DNA of 64,000 bases from an uncultured Chloroflexia bacterium. GTDB taxonomy: Bacteria; Chloroflexota; Anaerolineae; Anaerolineales; UBA4823. Below are positions 1 to 9,523 of the stretch, piece by piece. Below the pieces are notes generated by a model, which saw nothing but the letters and a program-made list of their open reading frames with translations, did not search any database and was not told the origin of the DNA. Position numbers and translations under genes: made by a program. The stretch covers positions 4,949 through 68,948 of the forward strand of contig CAVPDG010000007.1 in assembly GCA_963702535.1 (NCBI GenBank), given 5' to 3'. Positions within the stretch are counted from its first letter, which is position 1; each line of letters starts with the position of its first letter.

Positions 1-603
1 GCGCATGAGCCGGTGGAAGAAATCCGGGTTGACCAGGGCGTCCACCAGCAGGTCGTCGACTTTGCGGTAGTAGTAGCCGATGAGGTTGAAGGCGCCCTGG
101 ATCCAGGGGGCGACCACGCCGTCCTCGCCGGTGGCTTCTTTGGCGCGGCGGATGTCGGAGACATCGACATGGGTGATTGGCGGCAGGTACTTGACCATCA
201 GGTCCAGGTCGGTCTCAGACTGGATGAAATATTTCGTGGGGGAGGTCTCAGCGTCGTACTCGTAGATCCAGCGCAGGGCTTCGGTGCAGTCCAGGTCGCC
301 CTCGGGGGTGCGGACGCTGGTGCGCTTGGTCTCGTCGCGACCTTCCGGCTGCGTCTCGATCGCCACCTGCCAGGCAGCGCCGGAGGGACCGTAAGCGTCG
401 TAGGCGGGGGTGCAGTTGCGGTGCATCACGTCGAAGCCGAAGTGCTTGTAAACCTCGGGGGTCTTTTCCACCCAGTCTACATCGTGCGTGCCGTAGAATT
501 CTTTGATGTAATTGACGTGGATGAAGGGCGAGACCGGGATGCGGTCGCCGGATTGCTGGTAGATGAGGCATAAGAGTAGCTGGCGAGGGGTTAGTGGGGT
601 CAT
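1..603 (-). CDS. URO-D (uroporphyrinogen decarboxylase / MtaA-like fold) family protein, 5' part only; the gene runs off the left window edge
   Basis: Not in the ORF track because no stop lies in the window. Hand translation of the minus strand from ATG 603..601 gives MTPLTPRQLLLCLIYQQSGDRIPVSPFIHVNYIKEFYGTHDVDWVEKTPEVYKHF...VAPWIQGAFNLIGYYYRKVDDLLVDALVNPDFFHRLMR. The GAFNLIGYY..VDDLLVDALVNPDF stretch parallels DAFSIPRYLRGTENILMDFVLNPGLL of the 33145..34173 product. Confidence 0.6.
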   Translation of the reverse strand, partial: MTPLTPRQLLLCLIYQQSGDRIPVSPFIHVNYIKEFYGTHDVDWVEKTPEVYKHFGFDVMHRNCTPAYDAYGPSGAAWQVAIETQPEGRDETKRTSVRTPEGDLDCTEALRWIYEYDAETSPTKYFIQSETDLDLMVKYLPPITHVDVSDIRRAKEATGEDGVVAPWIQGAFNLIGYYYRKVDDLLVDALVNPDFFHRLMR

Positions 604-720
604 AAGCTGCTCATCCTTGGTTCATTAGCGGTCTTATCCAAAGAGCTTTTATCCGCAGATTTCGCAGATTTGCGCAGATTATTTTTTATGATTCCTTGCT
701 GCGCGCAGAATGAGGAGTAA

Positions 721-1923
721 CTACCTGTTTCGACCATGCTGCCGGTAATAGTGTACGCCTTCGACCAACGTGCTGAGGTTCTCCCAGCTCACCTCGGGGG
801 TGATGGTGCTGGAGGCAGCCAGGAAGAGACCCGTGCGGGGACCTTTTTCGACCAGCCAGTCGATCTGTTGCTTGACATCTGCAGGCTTGCCGAAGGGCAG
901 GGTAACGCTGACAGAGACGCCGCCCATGATGACCAGGTCTTCGCCGTCTTTGGTCTTCATGGCGCAGATCTTCTCGTAATCCATGCCGAACTCGTACTGG
1001 AAGCCCTGGAAGCCCTTGAGACCCACCTCCAGCAGGCGGGGCACCATCTCCATCAGGTTGCCGTCGCAATGCCAGATGAGACGTAAATCCGTGTCCAGCA
1101 CAGGCTCCAGGCAGCGGGCAAAATGCGGCAGCCATATTTTATCCAGCGACTTGATGTTGACCAGCGTGCCGCGCCCATCCGCCATGTCGAAATCCAGGCG
1201 GTGGAGCGGGGGGAGGTTCCCTTCGCGGTAGGCGCGGGCGGCGGCGCGGTTGTTGAGCAGGGCGTACTCGGCTTGCAGGGCGAAGTGCTTCTCTGCCACT
1301 TCCGGGTAGAGGGCGTACGCCATGAAGTAGTTCTCATAGCCGTAAACGCCGTAGTAGAAATAGGGGAAGTAGATGAAGTTGAAGCCGGTTTTGAGGATAT
1401 CTGCGCCGAAGATATCCTGCACACGCTGCTCCTCGGCGAGGATCTCACGCACGCGGCGCTCTTCGTCGAAATTGGCGATGTCCTGCTCGATGTGGGGGAA
1501 GACGAAGCGCTCCAGGTGCTCGACGGTGGCTTCCGGGGAGTCGATGAGCATGCCATCCAGGATGATCTTTCCGGAGCCGGTGGTGGCGGCGTGGCTGGCG
1601 GCGCAATCCATGACCACCGGGTTGTAGGGGATGTAGTCGTTGGCGGGCGGGGGCTGACCGACCAATTCGTCATAGCCGGTGGCGCTCATGGTGAGCGGGT
1701 TATCGGCGATGAACTGGTCGAGCGAGCACACGCCGATGGCGCGTTGGGCGTCCAGGTAGACGCGCACGGGATCGCGGCGGTAATCGCCGGGATTGGCGCC
1801 CGCCAGGCGCTCGATGTGGCTGTGGTTCATCAGGTGCACCATCCAGCACGGGATGCCGTGGGTGGGCTTGAGGTGGATGGTATCCAGGGCGAGCTGGGCA
1901 GATTCGGAAAGATGCAGGGACAT
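721..1923 (-). CDS. URO-D family protein
   Basis: 400-aa ORF with a URO-D-like barrel end (LRLIWHCDGNLMEMVPRLLEVGLKGFQGFQYE...VIMGGVS). It lies 15 nt downstream of the isomerase gene on the same strand. Confidence 0.75.
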   Translation of the reverse strand: MSLHLSESAQLALDTIHLKPTHGIPCWMVHLMNHSHIERLAGANPGDYRRDPVRVYLDAQRAIGVCSLDQFIADNPLTMSATGYDELVGQPPPANDYIPYNPVVMDCAASHAATTGSGKIILDGMLIDSPEATVEHLERFVFPHIEQDIANFDEERRVREILAEEQRVQDIFGADILKTGFNFIYFPYFYYGVYGYENYFMAYALYPEVAEKHFALQAEYALLNNRAAARAYREGNLPPLHRLDFDMADGRGTLVNIKSLDKIWLPHFARCLEPVLDTDLRLIWHCDGNLMEMVPRLLEVGLKGFQGFQYEFGMDYEKICAMKTKDGEDLVIMGGVSVSVTLPFGKPADVKQQIDWLVEKGPRTGLFLAASSTITPEVSWENLSTLVEGVHYYRQHGRNR

Positions 1924-1938
1924 CAGGCGCTCCGTAGG

Positions 1939-3342
1939 CTAGATGCGGGCGTACTCAATGCCGGCAAGGTGGGCGACTTTCTCCAGGGTATCCGCCCAAC
2001 GCCCGTAAGCCAGCGCCTGGTGGTGCGAGCCGCCGGCGAGGCTGTAGCGGGTGAGGAAGTCAGAAAGGTCGCCATCCGGGCGGAACTTGTAATGTGGGCG
2101 AGCCAGGTCGGGGATGTAGGGGAAGTCGAGTACCTGCCCCTCGGTGACGATCATGCGCAGCCTGCCGTCCTGCACGGTGGTCAGGCTGAGCAGCGTGACA
2201 TCGCCGGGCTTGAGGCTGAAGGCAAGCAGGAGGGGATTATGTTTGACATCGAAGAGGCTGCCGATGGTGCTGCGCACGAGGTGGATGGGCTCATCCGGGC
2301 GCGCCATCTTCCAGTTGGCTTCGCCCATGTGCATCATCAGGGCGGCGTTGTTGGCGAAATCCATGGTGAACATCTCGGTGAAGTTGGCATCCCCCGCCAG
2401 GGCTTGCATCAGGCAGACGGCGGTGGCGCTGGTGACATCGCCCTCACCGCCGAAGCCGTAGCCCTCCGCCAGGAGCATCGAGGAGGCAAGGAAGGGCAGG
2501 GTTTCCAGGCGCCCCTCCTCGCCGACCGCCATGAAGTGCGAGGCAAAGCCCTGCATGCCGCGCTCATCCAGGAGCTGGCGCAACGCCCACTCCAGGCGGG
2601 CGCTGGCTGCGTACTCGTCTTCGGTGATCTCGGGATCAAACTGGAAGCGCTGGCGGTCTTCCTGCAGGCGAGCGGCGATGAGCCCGGCGGGTGCAGCCTG
2701 GGCGCGCTCAGCCAGGGTGCGCATCGAGAGGTGGTGGATCTCCACGCCGGTCTGGGTCAGGAAGGCGGTCTCATCCAAGCCAAAATCGCCCATGCCCTCC
2801 ATGGCGTAGCCGACCAGCCCAATGTGCGTGCGCTGAAGTTGGCGCACGAGGCGGGCGGCATCGCACCAGGCGCGCACCGCGGCGATCGTGCGCGGGTCGC
2901 GGGTGTGCCCGGTGACCACCTGGAAGGAGCGCCCGGCGCGCAGCAGGACATTGGCGAGGTCCTGGACGCCGTGCATGCCGTGGTTGCGGGTCGTGTCGTC
3001 GCCGGTCGTCCCGCTGGTGATTTCGTAGAGCTGTTGGGTGTTGAGGATCAGGATGGGCAGGCGGGTCTTGAGCAAGCCGCGCAGGGCGATATGGCTGGGG
3101 GCGTAGGTGAGCAGCACGACCAGCACCAGGTCTTTGCCCTCCGCTTCGAAGCGGCGCAGCGCCTCATCGACCTGCTCATGCGTGGTGCACACGCCGGGGA
3201 AATCGACCGCAGCGAAAGGGCTGAAAGCCTGCACAAGCTCGCCGGCGAACTGCGCCTCCTGGATCTTCAAATCGGGCCAGCGGTCGTACAGGTCGAACAT
3301 CAAGCCGATCATGCCCAGGCGGGCGCGGTTGGTTGCAGTCAT
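1939..3342 (-). CDS. L-arabinose isomerase (AraA) family protein
   Basis: 467 aa. GYGFGGEGDVTSA and GGSHHQALAYG resemble the AraA regions GYGFAGEGDWKTA and GGAHHTV, recalled from E. coli AraA. Confidence 0.75.
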   Translation of the reverse strand: MTATNRARLGMIGLMFDLYDRWPDLKIQEAQFAGELVQAFSPFAAVDFPGVCTTHEQVDEALRRFEAEGKDLVLVVLLTYAPSHIALRGLLKTRLPILILNTQQLYEITSGTTGDDTTRNHGMHGVQDLANVLLRAGRSFQVVTGHTRDPRTIAAVRAWCDAARLVRQLQRTHIGLVGYAMEGMGDFGLDETAFLTQTGVEIHHLSMRTLAERAQAAPAGLIAARLQEDRQRFQFDPEITEDEYAASARLEWALRQLLDERGMQGFASHFMAVGEEGRLETLPFLASSMLLAEGYGFGGEGDVTSATAVCLMQALAGDANFTEMFTMDFANNAALMMHMGEANWKMARPDEPIHLVRSTIGSLFDVKHNPLLLAFSLKPGDVTLLSLTTVQDGRLRMIVTEGQVLDFPYIPDLARPHYKFRPDGDLSDFLTRYSLAGGSHHQALAYGRWADTLEKVAHLAGIEYARI

Positions 3343-3354
3343 ATCTCATACCTC

Positions 3355-4854
3355 CTATGGCGCCGCCCCGGGGCGGGAGACCGCCGGGAGCAGCTCTTGA
3401 TAACGGTGATAAGCGCTTTCATAGGCCGCCTGTTGCTCGGGCAGCGGGGAATAGCGGCGCAGCTTGCCCTGCGGATGCGGGGCGTCGTCCAGCGAGGCGA
3501 AGGCGCCGCAGCCCACGCCGGCGATGACGGCTGCACCCCAGCCGGCAGCCTGCGTGACGGGCGGCACCTGCAGGTGGATTGCGCAGGCGCCGGCAACGAT
3601 CTGGGCCCAGATGCGGCTGCGGGCAGCCCCGCCGACCATGATCAGGTCATCCACGACAACACCATAGCGGCGGATGTCTTCAATCGCCCAACGCAGCTCG
3701 AAGGCGATGCCCTCCAGGGCGGCGCGCGCCAGGTCGTCACACGTGTGGTTAAGGTTCAAGCCGATAAAGCCGCCGCTGCCCATGCCGTAAGCCTCGGCGT
3801 GACCGCCCGCCAGGGGGAAGAAGAGCAAGCCGGATGCGCCGGGAGCGGCGCGGGTTGCGGCTTCATCCAGGTCACGGAAACCCAGGCGGCTGGCATCAGG
3901 CTGGCTCGGGGTGTTCCACAGGCGCTCGAGCAGCCATTCCAGCGACGAGCCCACGCCGCCCAGGCTGCGCAAGGCGCCCCAGCGCGCCGGGGCGGCGTGG
4001 CAGCTCACCGCCATGCCGCTCTTGAGTCCGGTCTCCAGGTCGGGTGGCGTGAGCAATAGCACCCATGCGGTGCCAGTGGAAAGCAGCATTGGTCCGGGGC
4101 GGGTGACTCCCAGCCCGACGGCGGCGCAGTACTGGTCGTGGGCGCCGTTGAAGAGCGGGGTGCCCTGGGGCAAGCCGGTGAGTCGGCTGGCTTCGGCGCT
4201 GAGCGCGCCGACCAGTCGCCCCGAGCGGCGCAAAGGCGATAACATTTCCGGGCGAATGCCCGCCAGGTCGAGCAGGCGCGGGTCCCAAGCGCCAGAGGCG
4301 ATCTCCAGGAGCTGGGTGATGCTGGCGTTTGAGGGATCCATGCACAGCTCGCCCACCAGGCGGTAACCGATGTAATCGTTGACGAAGGTGATATGGCGGG
4401 CGAGCGAGAAGACATCCGGCAGGTTGTTACGGAGCCAGCGGATGTGCATCAGCGGCAGGGCGGGCATGAGCGACCAGCCAGTGATGCGGTGGATCGCCTC
4501 TGCACCGAAGGATTCTTTGACCTGCAGGTATTCCTGCCGGGCGCGCTGGTCCATCCAGCTCATGGCGTTATACACCGGCTGCAGGGCAGCGTCGAGCGGG
4601 ATGGTGGTGCCGCCCTGGGAGGACAGCGAGATGCCCAAGACGGCGTCGCCAGGACCTAGGCTGTCTGCCACGGAGCGCAGCACAGCCACTACCGCCTGCC
4701 AGAGCGCCTGCGGGTCCTGCTCCACCCAGCCATCCTGCGGGGTGAGCAGGGTGTAAGACTGGCTGGCTTGCGCAAGCTGGCGCCCGTGCAGGTCGAAGAG
4801 CAGAGCTTTGGCGGCGGTGGTGCCGACATCCAGACCGATGAGGGTTTCCATCAC
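3355..4854 (-). CDS. FGGY-family carbohydrate kinase (xylulokinase/ribulokinase-like)
   Basis: 499 aa with N-terminal LIGLDVGTTAAKALLFD and C-terminal MVGGAARSRIWAQIVA, both typical FGGY motifs. Confidence 0.85.
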   Translation of the reverse strand: MMETLIGLDVGTTAAKALLFDLHGRQLAQASQSYTLLTPQDGWVEQDPQALWQAVVAVLRSVADSLGPGDAVLGISLSSQGGTTIPLDAALQPVYNAMSWMDQRARQEYLQVKESFGAEAIHRITGWSLMPALPLMHIRWLRNNLPDVFSLARHITFVNDYIGYRLVGELCMDPSNASITQLLEIASGAWDPRLLDLAGIRPEMLSPLRRSGRLVGALSAEASRLTGLPQGTPLFNGAHDQYCAAVGLGVTRPGPMLLSTGTAWVLLLTPPDLETGLKSGMAVSCHAAPARWGALRSLGGVGSSLEWLLERLWNTPSQPDASRLGFRDLDEAATRAAPGASGLLFFPLAGGHAEAYGMGSGGFIGLNLNHTCDDLARAALEGIAFELRWAIEDIRRYGVVVDDLIMVGGAARSRIWAQIVAGACAIHLQVPPVTQAAGWGAAVIAGVGCGAFASLDDAPHPQGKLRRYSPLPEQQAAYESAYHRYQELLPAVSRPGAAP

Positions 4855-4871
4855 GCATCCTGAAGCACAGG

Positions 4872-5739
4872 CTAGCCCTTGACGGCGCCAGCGGTGAGCC
4901 CCTGCACCAGGTATTTCTGGAAAAAGACGAACAAGATGACAACCGGGATGGTGACAAGGACGGAAGCCGCCATCACGTTAGGCCAGTTGAGGTAGAACTG
5001 CCCTACGAAGGACTGCAGGATGCCGGGCGGCAGGGTACGCATCTCCGGTTTGACCATCAGCGTGGCAGCGTACAGGTATTCGTCCCAGGCGATGAGGAAG
5101 GTATATACGCCTGCGGCAATCAGACCCGGGGCGATCATGGGCAGAACTACACGCGTCAGGGCGCCCATGCGGCTGCAGCCGTCGATCAGCGCTGCCTCTT
5201 CGATCTCTTTCGGGATGGTATCGAAGAAGCCCTTCAGAAATCCAGATGGCGAAGGGGATGGCAAAGGTGGTGTTCGCCAGGATGAGCGCCTCGTAGTGAT
5301 TGAGCATCTTGAGGCGCATGAAGGTCAGGTACAGGGAGATGAGCAGCATACCCTGTGGGAACATCTGGGTGCTGAGGATGCCGATCATGGTGCCGTTGCT
5401 GCCGCGGAAGGGGTAGCGCGAGAAGGCATAGGCTGCCAGCGTGGCAACCACCAGGCAGAGCATGGTGGTGCCGATGGTGACGATCAGGCTGTTCTTGAAA
5501 TAGACGGGGAAGAGGCTGCCACGCCCGTAGTCGCCGAAGATCACCGAGTTCATCGTGCTGAGCGTGGGGTTCTTGGGGATCCATTGTGGCGGGATGATAA
5601 ACAGGTCCTCGATGGGCTTGAAAGCAGACGAGATCATCCACAGGATGGGCAGGAAAGTGAAGATCAAAATTGCTACCAGGTATAGGTAGGAGAAGAACTT
5701 GGTCAGCCAACGCTTTTGATGAAGTGTAAGCATGATCAC
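4872..5739 (-). pseudogene. Carbohydrate ABC transporter permease (MalG/CUT1 type), frame broken once near 5238-5244
   Basis: ORF 4978..5739 is a good permease up to ...ANTTFAIPFAIW and then turns to nonsense. ORF 4872..5264 continues in another frame with FLKGFFDTIPKEIEEAALIDGCSR..., the EAA loop. Removing one base at TGGATTTCT restores IWFLKGFF. Confidence 0.85.
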
Positions 5740-6671
5740 AGCTCCAGTTTAGTGGTGCCGCCAATGATGCGCACGAAGACCACGCTGAAGATCAACATCG
5801 CCACCAGCCAGGTGGCGCCGATGGCAGCCCCCATGCCCATATCGAAAGCCTGGAAGGCGGTGCGGTAGATGCTGATTGCCAGGGTCGTTGTGGCGGTGAT
5901 GGGACCGCCCTCGGTCATCGTCCAGATGGTGGTGAAGCTCTGGAAGGTCCAGATGATGGAGATGAGCAGGTCGATCATGATGATGTAGCGCAGGTAGGGC
6001 AGGGTGATATAGCGGAAGCGTTGCAGGGCGGTAGCGCCGTCGATGACCGCCGCTTCGACGATATCGGTGGGGATGGTTTGCAGGGCAGCCAGTAGCACGA
6101 TCATATGGAAGGGAAAGCCCTTCCATATGTTCGCCAGGATGACGGAGAAGAGGGCGGTTTGGGGATTGCCGATCCAGGCGATGAAGTTGGGGATGATCCC
6201 CAGGCTGTTGAGGATGTAGTTGAACATGCCGTACTGCTGGTTGAAGATCCACTTCCACAATAGGGCGGAGACTACGGTCGGTACGACCCAGGGAGTGAGA
6301 AGCACGCCGCGGAACAGGTTGCGTGAGATGATGGACTGGTTGAGCACAATGGCTGTGATGAACCCCAACAGGAACTGCCCGGCAACCGAGCCAATGACGA
6401 AGATGATGGTGGTAACCCATACCTCCCAGTAAGCCGGGCTGGAGAGCAGCGTCTTGAAATTCTCCAAGCCGATCCACTGGACGCCCGCTCCCAGGTTTAC
6501 CAGGCTGTACGAGGTAAAGCTCAGGTAGATGCCGCGGATGAGCGGGTACAGCACCGTGAAAGTGAGGATGGCAAAGGTCGGAAGGAGGAGGAGGAGCGAA
6601 AATTGCGTATTGGTCAGGCGGAAGCCTTTGGAGCGCGGCCTGGAGGGTTCTACGGCTTGATCAACAGTCAT
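5736..6671 (-). CDS. Carbohydrate ABC transporter permease (MalF/UgpA type)
   Basis: 311 aa, polytopic, with an EAA-like TDIVEAAVIDGATALQRF. It overlaps the next permease gene by 4 nt. Confidence 0.85.
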   Translation of the reverse strand: MTVDQAVEPSRPRSKGFRLTNTQFSLLLLLPTFAILTFTVLYPLIRGIYLSFTSYSLVNLGAGVQWIGLENFKTLLSSPAYWEVWVTTIIFVIGSVAGQFLLGFITAIVLNQSIISRNLFRGVLLTPWVVPTVVSALLWKWIFNQQYGMFNYILNSLGIIPNFIAWIGNPQTALFSVILANIWKGFPFHMIVLLAALQTIPTDIVEAAVIDGATALQRFRYITLPYLRYIIMIDLLISIIWTFQSFTTIWTMTEGGPITATTTLAISIYRTAFQAFDMGMGAAIGATWLVAMLIFSVVFVRIIGGTTKLEL

Positions 6672-6768
6672 CTCGAGCGCACCTTTCCCGGGTGATTACC
6701 AGCAATGATGGACCCGGTGTTGGGATTGTAGGGATAACCTATTGGAAACCCCTACGCGTGGGCATTTC

Positions 6769-6825
6769 CAGGGGCGCGACATAGCGATGGTATGCGACGA
6801 TTAGGATGCAACTGCCGCGCCCCTG
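6769..6825 (-). other. Intercistronic GC-rich stem-loop between the SBP and permease genes
   Basis: CAGGGGCGCG (6769-6778) pairs perfectly with CGCGCCCCTG (6816-6825). Confidence 0.5.
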
Positions 6826-6888
6826 TTAGGGATGGCGCATGCCCTTACGGGAAGGAGCAGCGCCACCCCTGCACAACGGCGTAACTTT

Positions 6889-8319
6889 CTACTCAGACTG
6901 CTTGTAGAGCACTTTCAGGTTTGCAGCCGCCTCGTCCAAGGCTTCCTTCGGGTCGCCGCCGGAGAGCGCTTTGCTCACGGCGATGGCGATGAAGTCAACC
7001 GCCTGGGCATACTGCGGGGTCTTGCTGATGCCATACAGCTTGGCGCCTGCTAAGCCTTCCTGGAAGGTCTTGGCATAGGCATCCTGGCTGTAGTAGGGAT
7101 CTTCCAGGGCGGGTCCGTAGAGCGGGAAGAGGCTGGAGCCCTGGGCATAGTAGAGGGTGATGGCGGGATCGGTGCTCAGGAACTTGATGAAGTTGTAGGC
7201 TTCTTCAGGATACTCGCATTGGTTGAAGAGCACCAGGGTGTGGTGGTGGAAGATGGACTTGTGATCGGCAGGGTTCGCCGGGTCGCCAACTGCCACGGGG
7301 TGCAGAGCGACAGCCATATCCTTATCCCATTCCTCGCCCTTGCCGCTGGTGATGCGCAGCACGTCGCGGGCGTAAGAGCCGTCGGAGAAGCCGCCAGCCT
7401 GGTAGTTCGCCATCACGTTGTACTGGTCGCGGAAGGGGAAGCCGGCGGGCATAATGCCCTCGTCAACCAGCTTCTTCATGAAGGACAGGGCAGCCACACC
7501 GGCTTCGTTGTTGATGATGACCTTGCCGTCCGCATCCAGAACGTCGCCGCCAAAGTTGAACAGCCAGGCGTTGAAGATGTTGGCGGTCAGCTCGGAGCGG
7601 TCGGTGGAGGTGACATAACCCCAGATCTTGTTGCCATTGGCGTCGGTGCCCAATGCGGAGATCGCCTTGGCGGTCTCGTAGAACTCGTCCATGGTCTGCG
7701 GCAGCTTGGTGGGATCCAAACCGGCGTCGGTCATCAGTTTGGTGTTGTAGAACAGCACGTCATGCACGGCGACCCAGGGCAAGCCCCAGGTGTGTGTCTC
7801 GCCGCCCGCGCCGGGGAAGGTGTAGGAGTCGACAACGCCTTCTACGTAGTTGGGCAGAATGTCGGCGGCTTTTTCCTCGAGCGGAGCGATGGCGCCGGAG
7901 TAGGCAAACTGACCGATCCACGGCGCAGCAACCTGGGCGATGCAGGGCGGGTTACCGGAGGCAGCCTCCAGCAGGAGCTGCTGGCGGGTGTTCTCCCAGG
8001 CGATGCCTTCGTATTCGATCTTGACGCCGGGGTTCTGCTTCTGGAATTCTTCCACCATGTAGTTGAACTGCTTGGCGGTGGATTCTTCCATACCGATCCA
8101 GCCGGCAAAGCGGACGACCTTCTCCTCTTCGACGGGCGGCGGCGGTGTGGCGGTGATGACTTTCGTCTCACCTTCGACCTCGACAACGACGGTCTCAACG
8201 ACCTTTTCGCCGGGGACGACGACAGTCTGGACGACGGTTTGCGGAGCGCAGGCTGCGAGGACCAGCGAGAGGATGATCAGCAGTCCGGCAACGGCAAACA
8301 AGTTTTTACGTACGTTCAT
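6889..8319 (-). CDS. Extracellular solute-binding protein of a sugar ABC transporter (lipoprotein)
   Basis: Start chosen at MNVRKNLFAVAGLLIILSLVLAAC, a signal peptide with a lipobox Cys. The ORF track start at 8406 is upstream of the signal peptide. The rest is typical family-1 SBP sequence. Confidence 0.8.
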   Translation of the reverse strand: MNVRKNLFAVAGLLIILSLVLAACAPQTVVQTVVVPGEKVVETVVVEVEGETKVITATPPPPVEEEKVVRFAGWIGMEESTAKQFNYMVEEFQKQNPGVKIEYEGIAWENTRQQLLLEAASGNPPCIAQVAAPWIGQFAYSGAIAPLEEKAADILPNYVEGVVDSYTFPGAGGETHTWGLPWVAVHDVLFYNTKLMTDAGLDPTKLPQTMDEFYETAKAISALGTDANGNKIWGYVTSTDRSELTANIFNAWLFNFGGDVLDADGKVIINNEAGVAALSFMKKLVDEGIMPAGFPFRDQYNVMANYQAGGFSDGSYARDVLRITSGKGEEWDKDMAVALHPVAVGDPANPADHKSIFHHHTLVLFNQCEYPEEAYNFIKFLSTDPAITLYYAQGSSLFPLYGPALEDPYYSQDAYAKTFQEGLAGAKLYGISKTPQYAQAVDFIAIAVSKALSGGDPKEALDEAAANLKVLYKQSE

Positions 8320-8482
8320 TGTCATTCTCATCTTTAAAAGAATTTGACGATCGAATTGGGTTCCGTAGAACTGTGGGATTCTTGTAACCGTTTTTGCAGT
8401 ACTCACCTCCTTGTTTTCGGTTGCGGGTTACCGGCATCGATCCAGCAGAAAACATCCGGTCTCCCTCGGGTACCAGCATCAA

Positions 8483-9523
8483 TTATTTGCCGGCGGCATC
8501 GATCAGGCGGGCTCCATTGTTACAAAGAACATCTGCGACATCGGCGGGGCTCAAGCCGACCGCCTCGGCTGCGCGGCGGAAAGCCAGCAGCATCTCGTAG
8601 AGGAAAAAGGATAGCTGCTCGCCTTCTAACTGGCTCACATTACGCATGTGGGGATCGTCCGAGATATCACCGTACAAGCCGGGCGGCACAAGGTTGATGT
8701 ACGAGCCATTCTCGCAGATGCGGCGCATGCGCATGCGCACGATAGGCAGGTCGCTGCCGAAGAGCACGCGGCGGGCGCCGAAGGCGCGCAGGGCGCCTTC
8801 GATGACTACGGCGCTGGTGTTGGCGCTGAAGTCGAAGAGCATGCTCCGGCTGGCTTGCAGGACCTCGAAGGCGTCGCCGATGTCTTCGGGGCAGTCGGCG
8901 CGCCCGATGTGGGCGATCACCAACTGGATATTGGGGTAGCGCTGCTCGATCTCCAGCATCTGCTGCAGGTTGAGCGGGTCTTTCAGGCGGGCAGGGCGTG
9001 GGATGTGCAGGATGACGATCCAGCCATACCGGTCGGCGACCTCCAGGTGGGCAGGCGGCAGGAAATCGTAGATCTGGATATCTTGCGAGGGGATGTGCAG
9101 CGGCGCCCAGTTCAGGTAGGGCTTCAAGCCCAAGAAGCCGCCACTGAGCACACGCTGCTCCAGCTCTGCTGCCGTCCACTCGGGATTGGTCACCATCAGG
9201 CTGGGAAAGCCTGACTGGAGAGCGCTGTGGCTGGCGTAGGCGTTGGTCTTCTCCATATCGGCGTTCCGCTCAGGCCAGCCAAAGATAAGCGGGGTTACTT
9301 CCTGCTGCGGCAGGAGAAGGCGGTAGGTTTCCAGCAGGTCTTCGATGGCGTTGTCTTCTGCCACGAGGCGCGGCCAGTTCTGGCCACGCGTGCCAGCGGG
9401 CATGGGCACACGGAAAGCCTTGAGCCAGACGTGGGTGTGAATATCCACCATCTTGCTGGGCAAGAAGCCAGCCAGGTGCTCCTGGTAAAAACGGCGGTCG
9501 ACATCCTTGAGGGGAAATATCAA
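8483..9523 (-). CDS. Amidohydrolase-2 family metal-dependent hydrolase
   Basis: 346 aa with VDIHTHVW near the N-terminus and HIPRP / IAHIGR motifs of TIM-barrel amidohydrolases. It overlaps the upstream aldolase gene by 4 nt. Confidence 0.65.
   Translation of the reverse strand: MIFPLKDVDRRFYQEHLAGFLPSKMVDIHTHVWLKAFRVPMPAGTRGQNWPRLVAEDNAIEDLLETYRLLLPQQEVTPLIFGWPERNADMEKTNAYASHSALQSGFPSLMVTNPEWTAAELEQRVLSGGFLGLKPYLNWAPLHIPSQDIQIYDFLPPAHLEVADRYGWIVILHIPRPARLKDPLNLQQMLEIEQRYPNIQLVIAHIGRADCPEDIGDAFEVLQASRSMLFDFSANTSAVVIEGALRAFGARRVLFGSDLPIVRMRMRRICENGSYINLVPPGLYGDISDDPHMRNVSQLEGEQLSFFLYEMLLAFRRAAEAVGLSPADVADVLCNNGARLIDAAGK

Noticed and set aside
13-573. 186-aa plus-strand ORF and 107-aa minus-strand ORF at the left edge
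   Set aside because: Neither looks like a protein. A third reading (minus strand, ATG at 603) gives a convincing URO-D-like N-terminus that the track missed because it has no stop in the window.
1123-4059. 978-aa plus-strand ORF spanning three minus-strand genes
   Set aside because: It is an Ala/Gly/Arg/Val-rich shadow ORF typical of the antisense strand of high-GC genes. It has no recognisable motif, and it is fully covered by minus-strand genes with clear URO-D, AraA and FGGY signatures.
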